Source: Sphyrna mokarran
Taxonomy: Eukaryota
Assembly: GCA_024679065.1 (NCBI GenBank)
Contig: JAGIQG010000008.1
Location: 40,672,001-40,736,000, forward strand
Direction of reading: 5' to 3'
DNA: 64,000 bases
A program made the translations under genes and the position numbers. The notes under the pieces were generated by a model that was not told the DNA's origin, searched no databases, and saw nothing but the letters and a program-made list of their open reading frames with translations. This document shows positions 24,110-35,940 of the stretch, piece after piece (positions within the stretch are counted from its first letter, which is position 1; the number at the start of each line of letters is the position of its first letter).

Positions 24110-27100
24110 GGTCAGAGAGGGAGATTCTGTGTGAATGAGACACAGGTCAAGTGAGTATATTTGAGAAATTGGTTTAAAGTGAAAATTAGGGGGAAAGCAA
24201 AGCTTTAGATAATGTTCGCTGCAAGCGGTAATGTGTACTGAGTGGGGAGTTTGATGAAGGGCAGAGAAAAGATGTTTTTCTATTCTGTTCTTTTAAAGCT
24301 TAACAGTATTTGATTTGTACGGCATATGATAGAAAGTTTATTGGCAGTGCCAAAACCTAATGGGTGGTGTAGACTTTAATTTGCTAAGCGGGGACCGAAA
24401 ACAATGGCTTCATCTTTCTCGATATATAGTTGGAAGAAATTTTTGTTCGTTGAGATGTGTGTTGAATAGAATTGATAATTTAGTGAGAGGAATTCATTTA
24501 CTAGCAATTATTAATTAATTAATAACATTGGAGGTAACAAGGCAGGTGTGATGTGCTGCAACTGAAAGATGATGGAACTTCTGGATACTGGTTTGATCCA
24601 AGGCAAACATGTCTGCAGGAAGTGTTTGCAGCTGCAAAACTTTGACTCGGAGTTAATGAGCTGGAAGATAAGCTGTAAATACTGTGGCATATCAAGGGGA
24701 AGAACATTACCTGGATACTTTATTCCTTAGGATAGAGTCTTCTGATTTGATTAGTGGTCAGGGGCACAATGATGTGACTGCAAGTGAGGCATGTAAGAAG
24801 ACCTGAAGGGCAGGAGCCTTGGCTTTTGCAATTGACCGACAGATTTGAGTTTTTCTCAGTTGTTTGGATGAGAGTGGGGGCTGCAGGCTGGATAAGCTAA
24901 TTAGCCGTGGCACTATGTTACAGGAAGCCATTCAAGCAAGGGGTAACAAGGGATATAGTGATAGTAGGTGGATAGTATAGTCAGAGGGATTGGCACCTTT
25001 CTCTGCAGCAAATAACTTGAGTCCAGTTGGCTATATTGCCTGCCAGGTTTGGGACATTTTGGGGCTGGAGAGGAACTTACAGTGGGTGGGGGAGGACCCA
25101 ATCATTATAGTCCATATAGATACCAAGAAATAAGACAAAGAAGGGAGGCTTTGCATAGTCAGTATGAGGAATTTGGCAGCAGTTTAAGAATTAGAACCTC
25201 AAAAGTACATCCTCTAGATTATTTCTGCAGCCATGTGCAAATTGACATTGGAATAATCAGATTAGAAAGTTGAATGGCTGGCTCAAAGACTTTGGGAGAA
25301 GTAGGTTCCAGTTCATGAACTGACACCAGTATTGGGGAAATCAGGATCTGTACTGCTGGGACAGTTCACACCTGAACTATGTTGGGGCTTGTTCCACAAG
25401 CTATATAACTAGGGAAATAGAAAGTGTTTTAGAGTAAGTAGTCAGGGTAAAGGATAACATTTGGGAAGATGTGATCAATCAAAGTAGGGAGAAGGCAAAA
25501 GGATATTACTATAGGAAATATAAAACTAAAATCTCTGTATCTGAATGTACAAAGCATTCAAAAATAAAACAGATGAATTGAGAGTGCAAATAGAATTAAA
25601 TATATATAATTCAAAAGCAATTACAGAGGCATTGCACAGAAGAACATGAACTGGGACTTGAATATTGAAGCGACCAGGACATTTAGGAAGCACAGAAAGC
25701 AAGGAAAGGGTAGAGAGATGGCTCTGTTGGTTAATTATGGTATTAGCACAGAGAGAAATGAACTAAGTTCAGGAAACTAGGTTGTGGAAATAATTTGGGT
25801 AGAGATGAAAAATGGTAAAGGCAAGAAGTCACTTGCAGGATTAGTGAACAACCCCTAATAGTAACCACATGGGATAATGGAATATAAAGGAAGAAATAAT
25901 GGAAGCTTGTCAGAAAGGCACAGCAAAAGGTTTTCATTTATATATTAACTGGAAAAGTCAGGTGGATCAAGATAGCCTAGATGAGTTCATAGAATGTTTT
26001 CTGGATAGTTTCTTCGAACAGCATATCTAGTATAGCTAATGAGAGAGTAGACTACACCAGACCTGGTGTTGTAGGTTTAATTAATGATCTCATAGTGAAG
26101 GTGCCCATTGTAGCATAATATGATTGAATTTTTGAGGAAAAGTGGCGCAGGTTCAAGACTGAGGGTATGAAAGCTGAGCTGGCTAAAGTGAACTGCCACA
26201 TTTGTTAAAGGGATAGGTCAATAGAGCTGCAATGGCAAACATTTAACGGGATATTTCAGAATACACAGAATAGATACATTCCAATGAGTAAGAAAAAGTT
26301 CAAGGGACAGACACACCACCTGTGGTTAACTGGAAAGGTTAAAGATTGTATCAAACTTAAAAAGAAAAAAACATATTATTGTGCAAAGATAGGTAAAATT
26401 CAGTAAATTGGATAGAATCTAAGAAACAGCAAAGAATCACTAAAGATTAATAAGGAGGAAAAATATTTGAGTAGAAGAAAAGCTAGTTAGAAATATAACA
26501 ACAAATAATAAGAGTTTCTATAGACATTTCAAAAAGTAATAAGTTAACTAAATGAGTGTTGGTCCTATTGAAAGTGAATCTGGAGAATTAAAAATGGAAA
26601 AGAAGGAGATAGCAGATAAATCAGATGTGTTTTGCATTATCCTTCATTGCAGAGGATCCAAGTGACAGTCTAGAAGCAGCTGTAAATCAGAAAACAAAGG
26701 CAGAGAGGAACTCAGGAAAATTACTATCACCAGAGAAAGTGGTACTAAGTATATTGTTGGTGCTATGGGCTGATGAGTGCCCAGGGCCTTATGGACTTCA
26801 TGTTGGAGCATTAAAAGAAGAGAGATTGCTGATGCATTGGTCTTACATTTCTAAAAGTCCCTAGATTCCCTGAATCCTATTAGGTTGTAAGCTGACAAAT
26901 GTAACTCCATTATTCAAAAAGGAAGGAAGATAGAAACCAGGAAATTACAAGGATGTTTCCTTTTGTAGGAGAATCTAGAACCCTAGTTTTAATGTAAGAG
27001 GTTGCCCATTTTAAATAGAGATGAGGTGAAATGTTTTCTGAGTATTCTGAGTCAACAAAGAACAAAACAGCACGGGAAACAGGCCATTTGGCCCAACGAG

Positions 27101-27680
27101 CCTGCGCTGCCACCTCAATGTTCCCACTTCTATCCGTGATCCCTGTCATCCCTGTCTATGTTTATAGATCTATGCATTAGAACCAAATTTGAGACAATTT
27201 AGGGAGAATTTGTTCTGCCAATCAGCCTAAGGGCACGTCTTTGGGATGTGAGAGGAAACTGAAGCACCCAGAGAAAACCCACGCAAGCACGGGGAGAATC
27301 ACAAACTCTCACAGACACAGGCCCAAATCCATGTATCTGCGCAGCACAGTGACAGTCACTGAGCTGTCATGTTGCCCATCAAATGGCCCAGGTCAAGCGT
27401 ACACTAACGACGTGAAGCACTAGGATACTCCCGAAAAATCCAAGAGCAGCCCTCTCATGACCCATCGCATCTTTGGAACTCTTCCTCAAAAGGCAATGGA
27501 AACAGAGTCTTTGAATATTTTTAAGGCAGAAGTTGTAACTTTCTTGGTAAGCAAGAGGGTGTTGTTATCAGGGATAGGCAGGATGCAGATTTGAGGTTAC
27601 TATCAGATCAGACAAGGTTTCAACAAATGGAGAAGTAAGTTGAGATGCTGACTGGCTTATTCCTGCTCCTTGTTTGTATG
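24110..27680 (+). mobile_element. Long decayed CR1 LINE: ORF1 (zinc finger, coiled coil, SGNH esterase), APE endonuclease, RT mostly deleted, 3' tail
   Basis: HVCRKCLQLQ..VNELE (24607-24670); gatagtatagtcagaggg (DSIVRG) and CLPG near 24970-25050; LYLNVQSI at ~25535; tail at 27600-27680. Confidence 0.8.
27054..27375 (-). mobile_element. V-SINE (HE1-related) nested in CR1
   Basis: gtgagaggaaactgaagcacccagagaaaacccacgca is antisense to the SINE core; CR1-type tail at 27054-27110. Confidence 0.75.
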
Positions 27681-30241
27681 AATGTCCTCTCTATAAAGTT
27701 GAGGTTATCCAAAACTCAGCTGCCCATGTTCTTACCTACACTACGTACCATTCACTTTCCCACCCTTCTCGCTGACTTGTATTGGTTCCATGTAAAGGAA
27801 AGTATTGATTTTTAAAGTTTCATCCCTGTTTTCAATTCCCTCCATACATCTTTATTTCTGTAATCTTTCAGTCCCATACACCTCAGATCAGTCATCATCT
27901 AGTTCAGGCTTCTAGAGTATCCCCAGTTTTAATTCTGTGCCAACTGTTACCTCAGCCCTAACTCTGGAATTCTTTCCCTACACTAATACACCTTTTTTCT
28001 TGCTTTCCTCTTTTGTAACACATTTACCTATTGGATCAAGTTTTTTGTCTAATATAGTTCAATATAATTTTATTTTATAATGCTCTTGTGAAATGTCATA
28101 GATGTTCTGTTCATTAAAGGCACTGTATAAACATGTTGACATCTTTTTCTGTTTTACTGATGTTCTTAACTTGGTTCTCTTCTATTATTTGTTCTAAGCT
28201 TCATTTATGCTCTGCTGTTCATCTTTCTTTTCAAAATATTCTCACCACATTGCGGTTGGGACTTGACATACAATATCCAAATGTAAATTGCTGTTCCCTA
28301 TTACATTGAAACAGTGGAACTTCTGCCTACTATGTATTGTCCTTTTTCAATCCTTAGGCTTTTAAAAGCCAAATTTTGTATCATCAGATCACAAATTTCT
28401 TCAGTCTTAATAGGTTCTGCACAGTGTGTTTTAGCTTATCAATTGAGTTTTCAATAGTAAGTAAAATCTTACTAAATATATAAACATCTATACATAGCAA
28501 TAATACTATTATTCTACCCTCCATTACTATACTTTGATAATATTGCAATAATCTGTTCCATGTTTCATCATCATTTCAAATCTTTGAACTGTCATTAACT
28601 TGTTTTATTTAAACTGAATTGTAAAAATAATTATATGTATTAGAGATTAATAACGGCATAAAATCCACCAAGGGCTTTGATCTTCATTTATACTGTAAGA
28701 TTCATACTCTACTCTCAAATAGCTTCTGGATTTCACTCACTTCACTGGTCTCCGAATTCAGACAACAGCTCATTGATGCTTCATATTAATTCCACCCTTC
28801 TTAATTTGTCATTACTCCACCATGACACCTTCCTATTATCACCATCTATTTCGTATTATATGTTTTCTGTCATATTTTAATGTATCCTAATTTCTACCTA
28901 ACTCGACATATGTAACTTGAGCTCTCTCTGTTCTCATTCACATTGGATATTTTGGTGTTGCTTTGGATTAGAGCCTATTCAATTTATTTCCAGTTTTGCC
29001 TTTCTCTTTAATATTTTTTCTCTTTCCCCCTCCTTGACTGTCTTCTAATGTCATGCCTCCTTTCACTCCCACTCTGTCAGGTATTCTACCTTCACAATTC
29101 ACAACCTCAACTCTTCAGTACTACTTGACCTTCTCTGATTTCTTGTTACTATTCTAAGCTTGACTCCCTGTTAGACAACATTACAACTTCCCTCCATGGC
29201 TTTCATGGCATCTTTTAAAGGGCTTATCAAGATACTCAGTAGTAAGCCCAATTTCACCATCCCACTTGTCAACTTGCCCTTCTGTTGCGCATGCTTGAGA
29301 CTAATCTTGCCAATCACTTTCTCATCTAAGTCATCACTTCCATTGCCAATCCTGTAGTCTCTATTAGCAGATCAACTTTCACTAATTCTTGATACATCTA
29401 CTTCCAAAACATTTGATCACTTTGGAACAAGACCCTTGCCATCTATTAATGTGTTGTAGGTGGTTGTATTGGCATCATGTCCTTAATAGACACTTGGCTG
29501 AGGGCTGATGATATCTCCCTCCTTAATGAGACCCCTCAACTGGCAACATCTTCCACCACTAATTCCATCAAGATAGTAATGGTATGTTTGGTCTGACCTG
29601 TACTTCTTTGACAATTCTCCTCTTTTGAACTTCTCATATTGTTCCACCTCTCTTATCTTTTTCAGAATCATCATGCAGTCTTGTCCTCCCAGGTATGATG
29701 AAAGTTTTATCACAGATTTTTCTTTGCTGCTTTCCTTCAGCCTTAGTAATTCCAATCTCCATCTCAACTCACCATTTCCTTGCTCCTCTGAGTTATCTAC
29801 TCTCTTACCCTCTCTATGTGTAAGATCCTTAAGCTATATCTTTAGCCATCCTTGACCTTGGTACTTTGTGGTATTTCGCTACTCTCGTAGTTTCAGTCAC
29901 AGATCAGGCCATATTTGATAATTTCCTTGTATTGGTCACCACCCACATCCACCTTTCACGCTCCAACCATACCTGTTTCTGTGTTTGTTCCTGGAAAAAA
30001 CTATCTTCTAATTCACTTATAGCTGCACTTTCAAAATCCAAATTATTTAGCCTTTGACTTTCTATTCACTCCAACTACTGATGCTCAAGTGCATCATCTT
30101 CACTTCAGTCGCAGTCCCTAACAAAAGCATTACTCTCTCTCAACCTGGCTGTTCCCTCGGAGAGCCCTTATCTCTAGTCACTGAATCCAAGAGGCACAGA
30201 CTTGAAGGAATATAATACACAACTGGCTTAGCCATACACTG

Positions 30242-30498
30242 TGGAGATGCTGGTGTTGGAGAGGGATAAACACAGTAAGAAATCTCACAACACCATGTTA
30301 AAGTCTAATAGGTTTATTTGGTAGCAAATGCCATTAGCTTTCGGCGCGGTGCTCCTTTGTCAGGAGAATGTCTTTATATGCCCTGTTTGTAAACAGAACT
30401 CCCAGTCACATGCTGAAGGAGCAGTGCTCCAAAAGCTAGTGGTGTTTGCTACCAAATAAACCTGTCGGATTTTAACCTGGTGTTGTGAGACTTCTTAC
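30242..30498. mobile_element. Head-to-head PLE pseudo-LTR element (family A2) with 13-bp TSD and decayed hammerhead cores
   Basis: Arms ~30274-30365 and ~30405-30499; tail on the left; tagccatacactg at 30229-30241 and 30499-30511. Confidence 0.85.
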
Positions 30499-30739
30499 TA
30501 GCCATACACTGCTAGACGTGGCTTAAAACACTACCAGGCCCTACTTATTCCACTAAGACATCTGACTACTCCAGAATCATCTTGCGATGCAAGAATAACC
30601 CACGGCTTATTTTCTTGACTGTACGTCATCATCTTAAACCTCTCCTTCCTGTCCTCTCAACCCTTGCCTCAAATTACAGTTGTGAGGAGCTCATTGATTT
30701 CTTTGACAATATAATTGAGACAATCTGATTGTAATGACT

Positions 30740-31323
30740 TCAGTGTGGCCATTGAGATTGGCCTCTTGGAATATGAACTTCCTGATTTGAGCTTCCAGTT
30801 CATGGGCTTCCAAGTGGGCCCTTTTTGCAACCTTGTGCAGTTTGTAGACCATGTGTTTCATGTTACAGGCTGCACAACCTTTTTAATTTTCTCAAAAACC
30901 TTTTGTTGATGTTTTGTTTGCACTTCAGCCACACACTTCTGATCTACAGACACTTGGTGCAGAGAGGGTGAAGTGGGGGGGAGAGAGCAGGGTGTAGGGA
31001 AGAAGGAGGACTTTCTCGTGAACAGGTCCAGGCAGAAGGTGATCAAGGGGGTCATCCAACCTGAATGTCTGCCCCTCTACTACAGCTATATTTGCGGCGG
31101 CAAAAGAGCATGCGGTGTCCAAGGGCACCACTGATACCTTCCATGCCCACTGGGCACTGCAGGGACTGTGGTATATTATTGACTCCTTTAATCACATTTT
31201 AATTTGATGTTTTAAGTTTCCTTTCTGCTTTATCTTTTGTTTTGATGATTCCCCTCTTTTTAGGGAGCTGCCCTTTTTGAGTTATCCTGAAGTTAATTTT
31301 GTTTATTTGGTTTGAACAAAAGA
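30740..31323 (+). mobile_element. Tx1-clade LINE 3' end (probable)
   Basis: C-terminus GTTDTFHAHWALQGL..IIDSFNHILI* followed by a T-rich 3' UTR; family named from recall. Confidence 0.55.
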
Positions 31324-31512
31324 AGTTCTCTGATTGAGCTCGTTATTGCCTGCCCAATCAGGAAGTCTTTTCTGTATATATAACTGGGAGTGTCAGGTCT
31401 CCAGGCACGCTGGATGCTGACACAGAACCTATAGCACTCTATGAACTAAGATAGAGCTTGTAAATAAAATGGAATCTGGTGAAGGGACCCCAGCTTTTGC
31501 TGATTTATTTCA
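31324..31512 (+). mobile_element. LTR 3' part (solo-LTR-like)
   Basis: CCAAT, TATATAA and AATAAA in order, ending tttca. Confidence 0.5.
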
Positions 31513-33474
31513 TCAGTCACTACCTATTTCCATCATGCCCTTCACCTCCACTAGCCAGTCTGACCAAACTTCTTTTAATGTTCTTCAATCCTATTCCCAC
31601 AAAACTGATCACCCAATTTTCCCTCCACATTAACCAATAATGTAAATGTTCTTCTTTTCTCCAATAAATTAATTATCATTGCTCTGCTCCTTAAAAAAAA
31701 TCCCTGATCCCTTAGTTCTTACAAACTACTGTATATAGTAGTACCATAGGATCGAGGGAACAGGAAGTGGTCTCACATCATTCTCTAGTTTCTCTCCGAT
31801 CTCCATTCATGCCTTCTCTAAGTTCATCATGATGTGAGTTTATGGGCAGGGCAAAAAGGAGCATTTAAGGAAGTTTAGCAAGGTAAAAGAGAGAGATTAC
31901 CTCTTCCTTTAATGTACCTAATGCAGTTTTCGTATTTGTCTCACAAGGTGTATTGCAATACTACTATGCACAAACACTACACTGAGCTGTAACTGCACAT
32001 ATTATTGCAGCAGTAACATAGCTCATGTACTTAAGTCTCTACTGATCTGAGACCATAATTGATCTTTCATGCAGTACCATGGAAAACATGACATTCTGTG
32101 ATTGGGATGCTTCTAAAGAAGCTTCCACCTAAATGGTTGGTTAATTGGGCATTTACATCTCACTGTGATTGTATAAGTACAATTCCCAAAAGGGACTGGG
32201 GGAAATTCTCCACCAATGAAATGGGGTAGGGTTCTGTTTTCTGTAGACATGAGACTGCTGATAGCAAGAGGACATAGTTCCCCTCAGGCAACCTAACAGT
32301 CTGGCATTCCTGCACAGCTGTTCCTTTTTAAAACTCACTTTGAAGGATCACTAATGGTAAACCAGTGAAAGAAACTTGGGTCAAACATGACCAGGAACTG
32401 GTATCCAGGTTTACAAAAGCTGAGTGTCAGTCATAAAATAAAAACACAGGAAGAGTGTGATGAATATTCAGCTTAGTTCTGAGAGATTATTGTTATGAAG
32501 GTAAGACAACTAAATGCTGGGCTTTGAAGATTGCTGGAACTCCTAGAATCACATGGCAGTTCAGAAGGTTATGTATGCTTGTTTATTAGAGTCAGAATAG
32601 AAGAGGTGGAGCCATAAAATAGCAGATGAGCCTATTTAGCTGAAGTACTGGAAATGGATTCATGGGACAGAATTGGAGCAGGTGAAGGGCAGACTATGGA
32701 AAGTTCCATTTACCTCAGGTGAAATTTTACAATTTCAGGACAAGCGAGGCCATAATATCCTGTCCGTGATGTCTACGTGCTTGCAAACAAGTGTGCTCGA
32801 GGGAGATGTTTTGTTTTGGGAGTTAGAATGAAATTCATTAATAAGCATTCAGTGAGCCCTAAAAGGTTGTCATCTTGGAGATGGATAGAGCCTAAGAAGA
32901 TTTTCAGGTTTTACTTTAACATTTGTTTGCTGGGAAAAGGGTTTGGTTGCAATTTGGACCTTGTGATTTTCAGCTCAGAGAAGCCCTGGCAGCTGTTAGC
33001 AAATTCCAGGTAGTTAGGGCTCAGGGAAATCTTGGGACGTTGAGGAGATAGTGAAAGGTCACTGGTTCCATGCAAGGCAGTTAGAGTTCACAAAAGTCTT
33101 GGCGGGGGGTGAGGGGGCGGGACGGAGGCAAGTGCTCCGAGAAACCTTGGAGTAGTGCCAATTTAGTGAAGATAATGAGTAAGTTAGAAAAGCTATTGAG
33201 AGAATTTAAGAAGATAGATCTTTGAAAAAGAGGAAAATCCCTTGTTGGGAACATAATTATAATGAGATTTTGTGACTCATTGTGGTCACTGATGTCTGTG
33301 TAGATTGCTGAGAAATCTTTGGGGTCTTGGTCTGCCATTCAATGTGCAGTATGGTATGTTGATCCACAATTTGCCTATTAGTTTATCTTTACCACATTTA
33401 ATTCTGATTGTTAATGTTTCACTTCTCTGACTTTGTAAAGTTTATTTTATTTGAAGTCCATGGTTTTATATTGT

Positions 33475-33775
33475 GGGTAGCACAGTAGGTATCATATAAT
33501 ACAGTAGTTAGCACTACTGGTTCACAGCACCAGGGACCCAGCTTTGATTCCTGGCTTGGGTTACTGTCTGTTTGGAATTTGCATGTTCTCTCTGTGTTTG
33601 CATGGTGTTCTTCTGGGTGCTCAAGTTTCCTCCCACATTCTGAAAGATATACTCGTTAGGTGCATTGACCTGAACAGGTGCTGGTTTGTGGCGACAAGGG
33701 GAATTTCAGAGTGACTTCATTCCAGTGTTAATGTAAGCCTTAGGCTTAATTGTGACTAATAAATAAATGTTATTT
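33475..33775 (+). mobile_element. tRNA-derived V-SINE with alternative 3' tail
   Basis: gttagcactac..cacagcaccagggaccc..ttgattcctggcttggg..gtttcctcccaca; tail gtgactaataaataaa. Confidence 0.8.
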
Positions 33776-33879
33776 TCTGAGGGGGTAATTGGGATTTCAA
33801 ACCTTGCCTGTTTTAAACAAAAAAGTTATTAGTCTCTAACTACATTGTAACAAGGGCTTGAAATGATCATAACATGAAG

Positions 33880-34088
33880 TGTTGGAAAAGCTAGGCAGGT
33901 CTGGCAGTATCTGTGGAGAGAGAAAGAGTTAACATTTCAAGTCCAATTTGAGTGATTCTTATTTAGAAATATCATACTGGTTTTGAATCATTAACTCTGT
34001 CTCTCCATAAATGCTGCCAGACTTGCTGAATTTTTAAAGTAGTTTGTTTTTATTTCAGATCTCCATCAACCGGAGTATTTTACTTTTA
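33880..34088. mobile_element. Palindromic family-B PLE pseudo-LTR element, degraded
   Basis: gcaggtctggcagtatctgtggagagag..gagttaac versus ttaactctgtctctccataaatgctgccagacttgc. Confidence 0.75.
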
Positions 34089-34299
34089 AACTACGTTATT
34101 CACTTATTTTGTAAAGCCCCGCACCTGCAGATCCATCTGAGGCTCCCTCTCTGCCAGACCTTTATTGCTTTGCTGGGCACTCAGAAAATGATGTTGCCTC
34201 CTTTCCGATCCCTTTTACATAGAGTAATAAAACTCTGAGTTATCTCAGGTGGAAATTTCAGCTGTTCGCTCCGAACCTAATACAATGGGGCAACAAAAA

Positions 34300-35330
34300 C
34301 CTTTGAGATCTGAGACAAATATGACGATTTTTCCCTTAGAAATAGATGGCAATTGTAATTCGCTATCAGTCACTAATGTGACAAATGTGAATCAAAAATA
34401 GCTTCTAAACCTCCTTCTTGTCGTCCCTTTGATTTAATTTGATTTATTTTCAAGTTGGTCATTTTAAGTATTAGCTAAGTTTTGTGTCTTCTAATTCCAT
34501 GAAATTTCCCTGTGTGTAAAATCTTGGCATCCCTAAACTGTTTGCTTCTGAACGATTTCCCCCGTCAGAAATCTCCAGTAACTGTATTGCTGTAAACACC
34601 ATTGAGATGTAAATAATGATATTTACATAATGCTCTTGTGTCGGATCCTTGTTCGTTCCACCTGTTGGCGGTCACAGTGAACGAACTTATTGCCTCTTTT
34701 TTTTATCACCAGAACAAGTAGATACTGTAAAACGCTAATGAAGCCTTTTCGGCACTTTGTCAGCTTTTAGGTGGATCATTAGTTGAGGGGGTGGGTGGAA
34801 ATGGTGGTACAAATGCAATGAACTTTGTGGTAGCAAGTCCAAGAGCATCTGTGCAATGGTGGCTGCGACATAAAGGCTGTCTGTGTGAATCGTGGGAAAG
34901 GTAGCGGCTGGTCTGCGAGTGTGCTGCCATGAATTGAACTAATTGAAGATTATGCCGTGGAGTTTGCCGTGGCTCAGCGAGCGGATAATCCTTCATCGAC
35001 TGCGGTCACTGCCAGTAATTGGAGCATATTACAGGGAGGAGTTCCCCTGCAGCGCCGCCGAAAACTGAGAAGCTCACTGTTTAATTACCGACTCTATAGA
35101 AACCGAATAAAATGAGTAAGAGCGTCTGCAGAAAAAAGTTATGCAAGGTGCTGTGGCAGTCTGCGCATACTTAAACAAAAGGGATTTTATTTCGCCCCCT
35201 GCTCACTCAGACTACTTTTCCTTCTTCGACATGGCTAGCAACGTTTGGTTCGATGTAAATTAAACCGTGCCGTTTTGGGGAGTGGTAGTATAGAACGAGA
35301 CACGACGGACAGAGAATCAGATTTCATACC
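34300..35330. promoter_or_regulatory. CpG-retaining unique block, candidate enhancer/insulator with two CTCF-like motifs
   Basis: CpG visibly enriched over the flanks; ccacctgttggcgg at 34658-34671 (12/14 to CCASYAGRKGGCRS); minus-strand tgagcagggggcga at 35192-35205 (11/14). Confidence 0.45.
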
Positions 35331-35745
35331 TTGTCAGACTAGTATGTAAAATACGTTTAAAAATGTCAGCATGTGTTTATTTATAGATTGTAAGGTAGGA
35401 AACTGATATTGACAAGAATAATGTTGCCATCACGCAGGGAAGAAGAGCCAGTGTCATGAATATATTTGCCTGTCAAACAGACTTCAAATCCAGCCAGTAA
35501 AGGCTTCCCGGCGATTCCAGCTCAGTTTCCCTCCATTTAATAAATCCAGACCAATACGAAGCAACCATCTCCCCAAAGTATTATTTGTCCTTAAATATAA
35601 ACGGTCCATTTAATTACGATCTTTATAATAGGTTTCCCTTTAGGTTCAATCTAACTTTAAATCTTGAGGTTTGTATCCTGAAATCAAATAGCGAGTGATG
35701 GAGTCACATTTCTTTTGGGACGCTCTTACCTTTCACAATGATGGA

Positions 35746-35940
35746 GGTCGGTTGACTCAGTTAGCTGGAGTGTGAAGCAGACTGATGCCAACAATATGGG
35801 TTCAAAACCCGTACTGCCTGTGGTATTTCATGGAGGCTTGCCTCCATTATTTCCTTGCAAGTTGGTGCCTCTCAAGCTATATCTATAGTATTTTTCTAAT
35901 GGAGGGAGATCTTATGGTCCTTTGTGGACAACAGCAAATC
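35746..35940 (+). mobile_element. Old tRNA-derived SINE (same family as 61882-62100)
   Basis: A-box-like tgactcagttag; tgatgccaa...gggttcaaaacccgtact B-box-like; shared gcctctca and ctRatggag. Confidence 0.6.

Larger units (their letters stand above)
23860..28135 (+). mobile_element. L2 LINE 3' part split by a CR1 (pieces ~23860-24105 and ~27690-28135)
   Basis: aaaaccagccatttccatctccataacatt...gcctttgttac resumes as atccaaaactcagctgcccatgttcttacc (IQNSAA.VL). Confidence 0.6.
28700..31830 (+). mobile_element. Old L2 LINE ORF2 fragments hosting younger insertions
   Basis: Pyrimidine-rich; TTGLAIH...DYSRIILRCKNNPRLIF...LKPL at 30215-30650. Confidence 0.55.

Noticed and set aside
32491-33852. 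Solo LTR bounded by tgtta...taaca
   Set aside because: The termini are plausible, but there is no matching TSD and the 5' boundary is uncertain, so it is not called.
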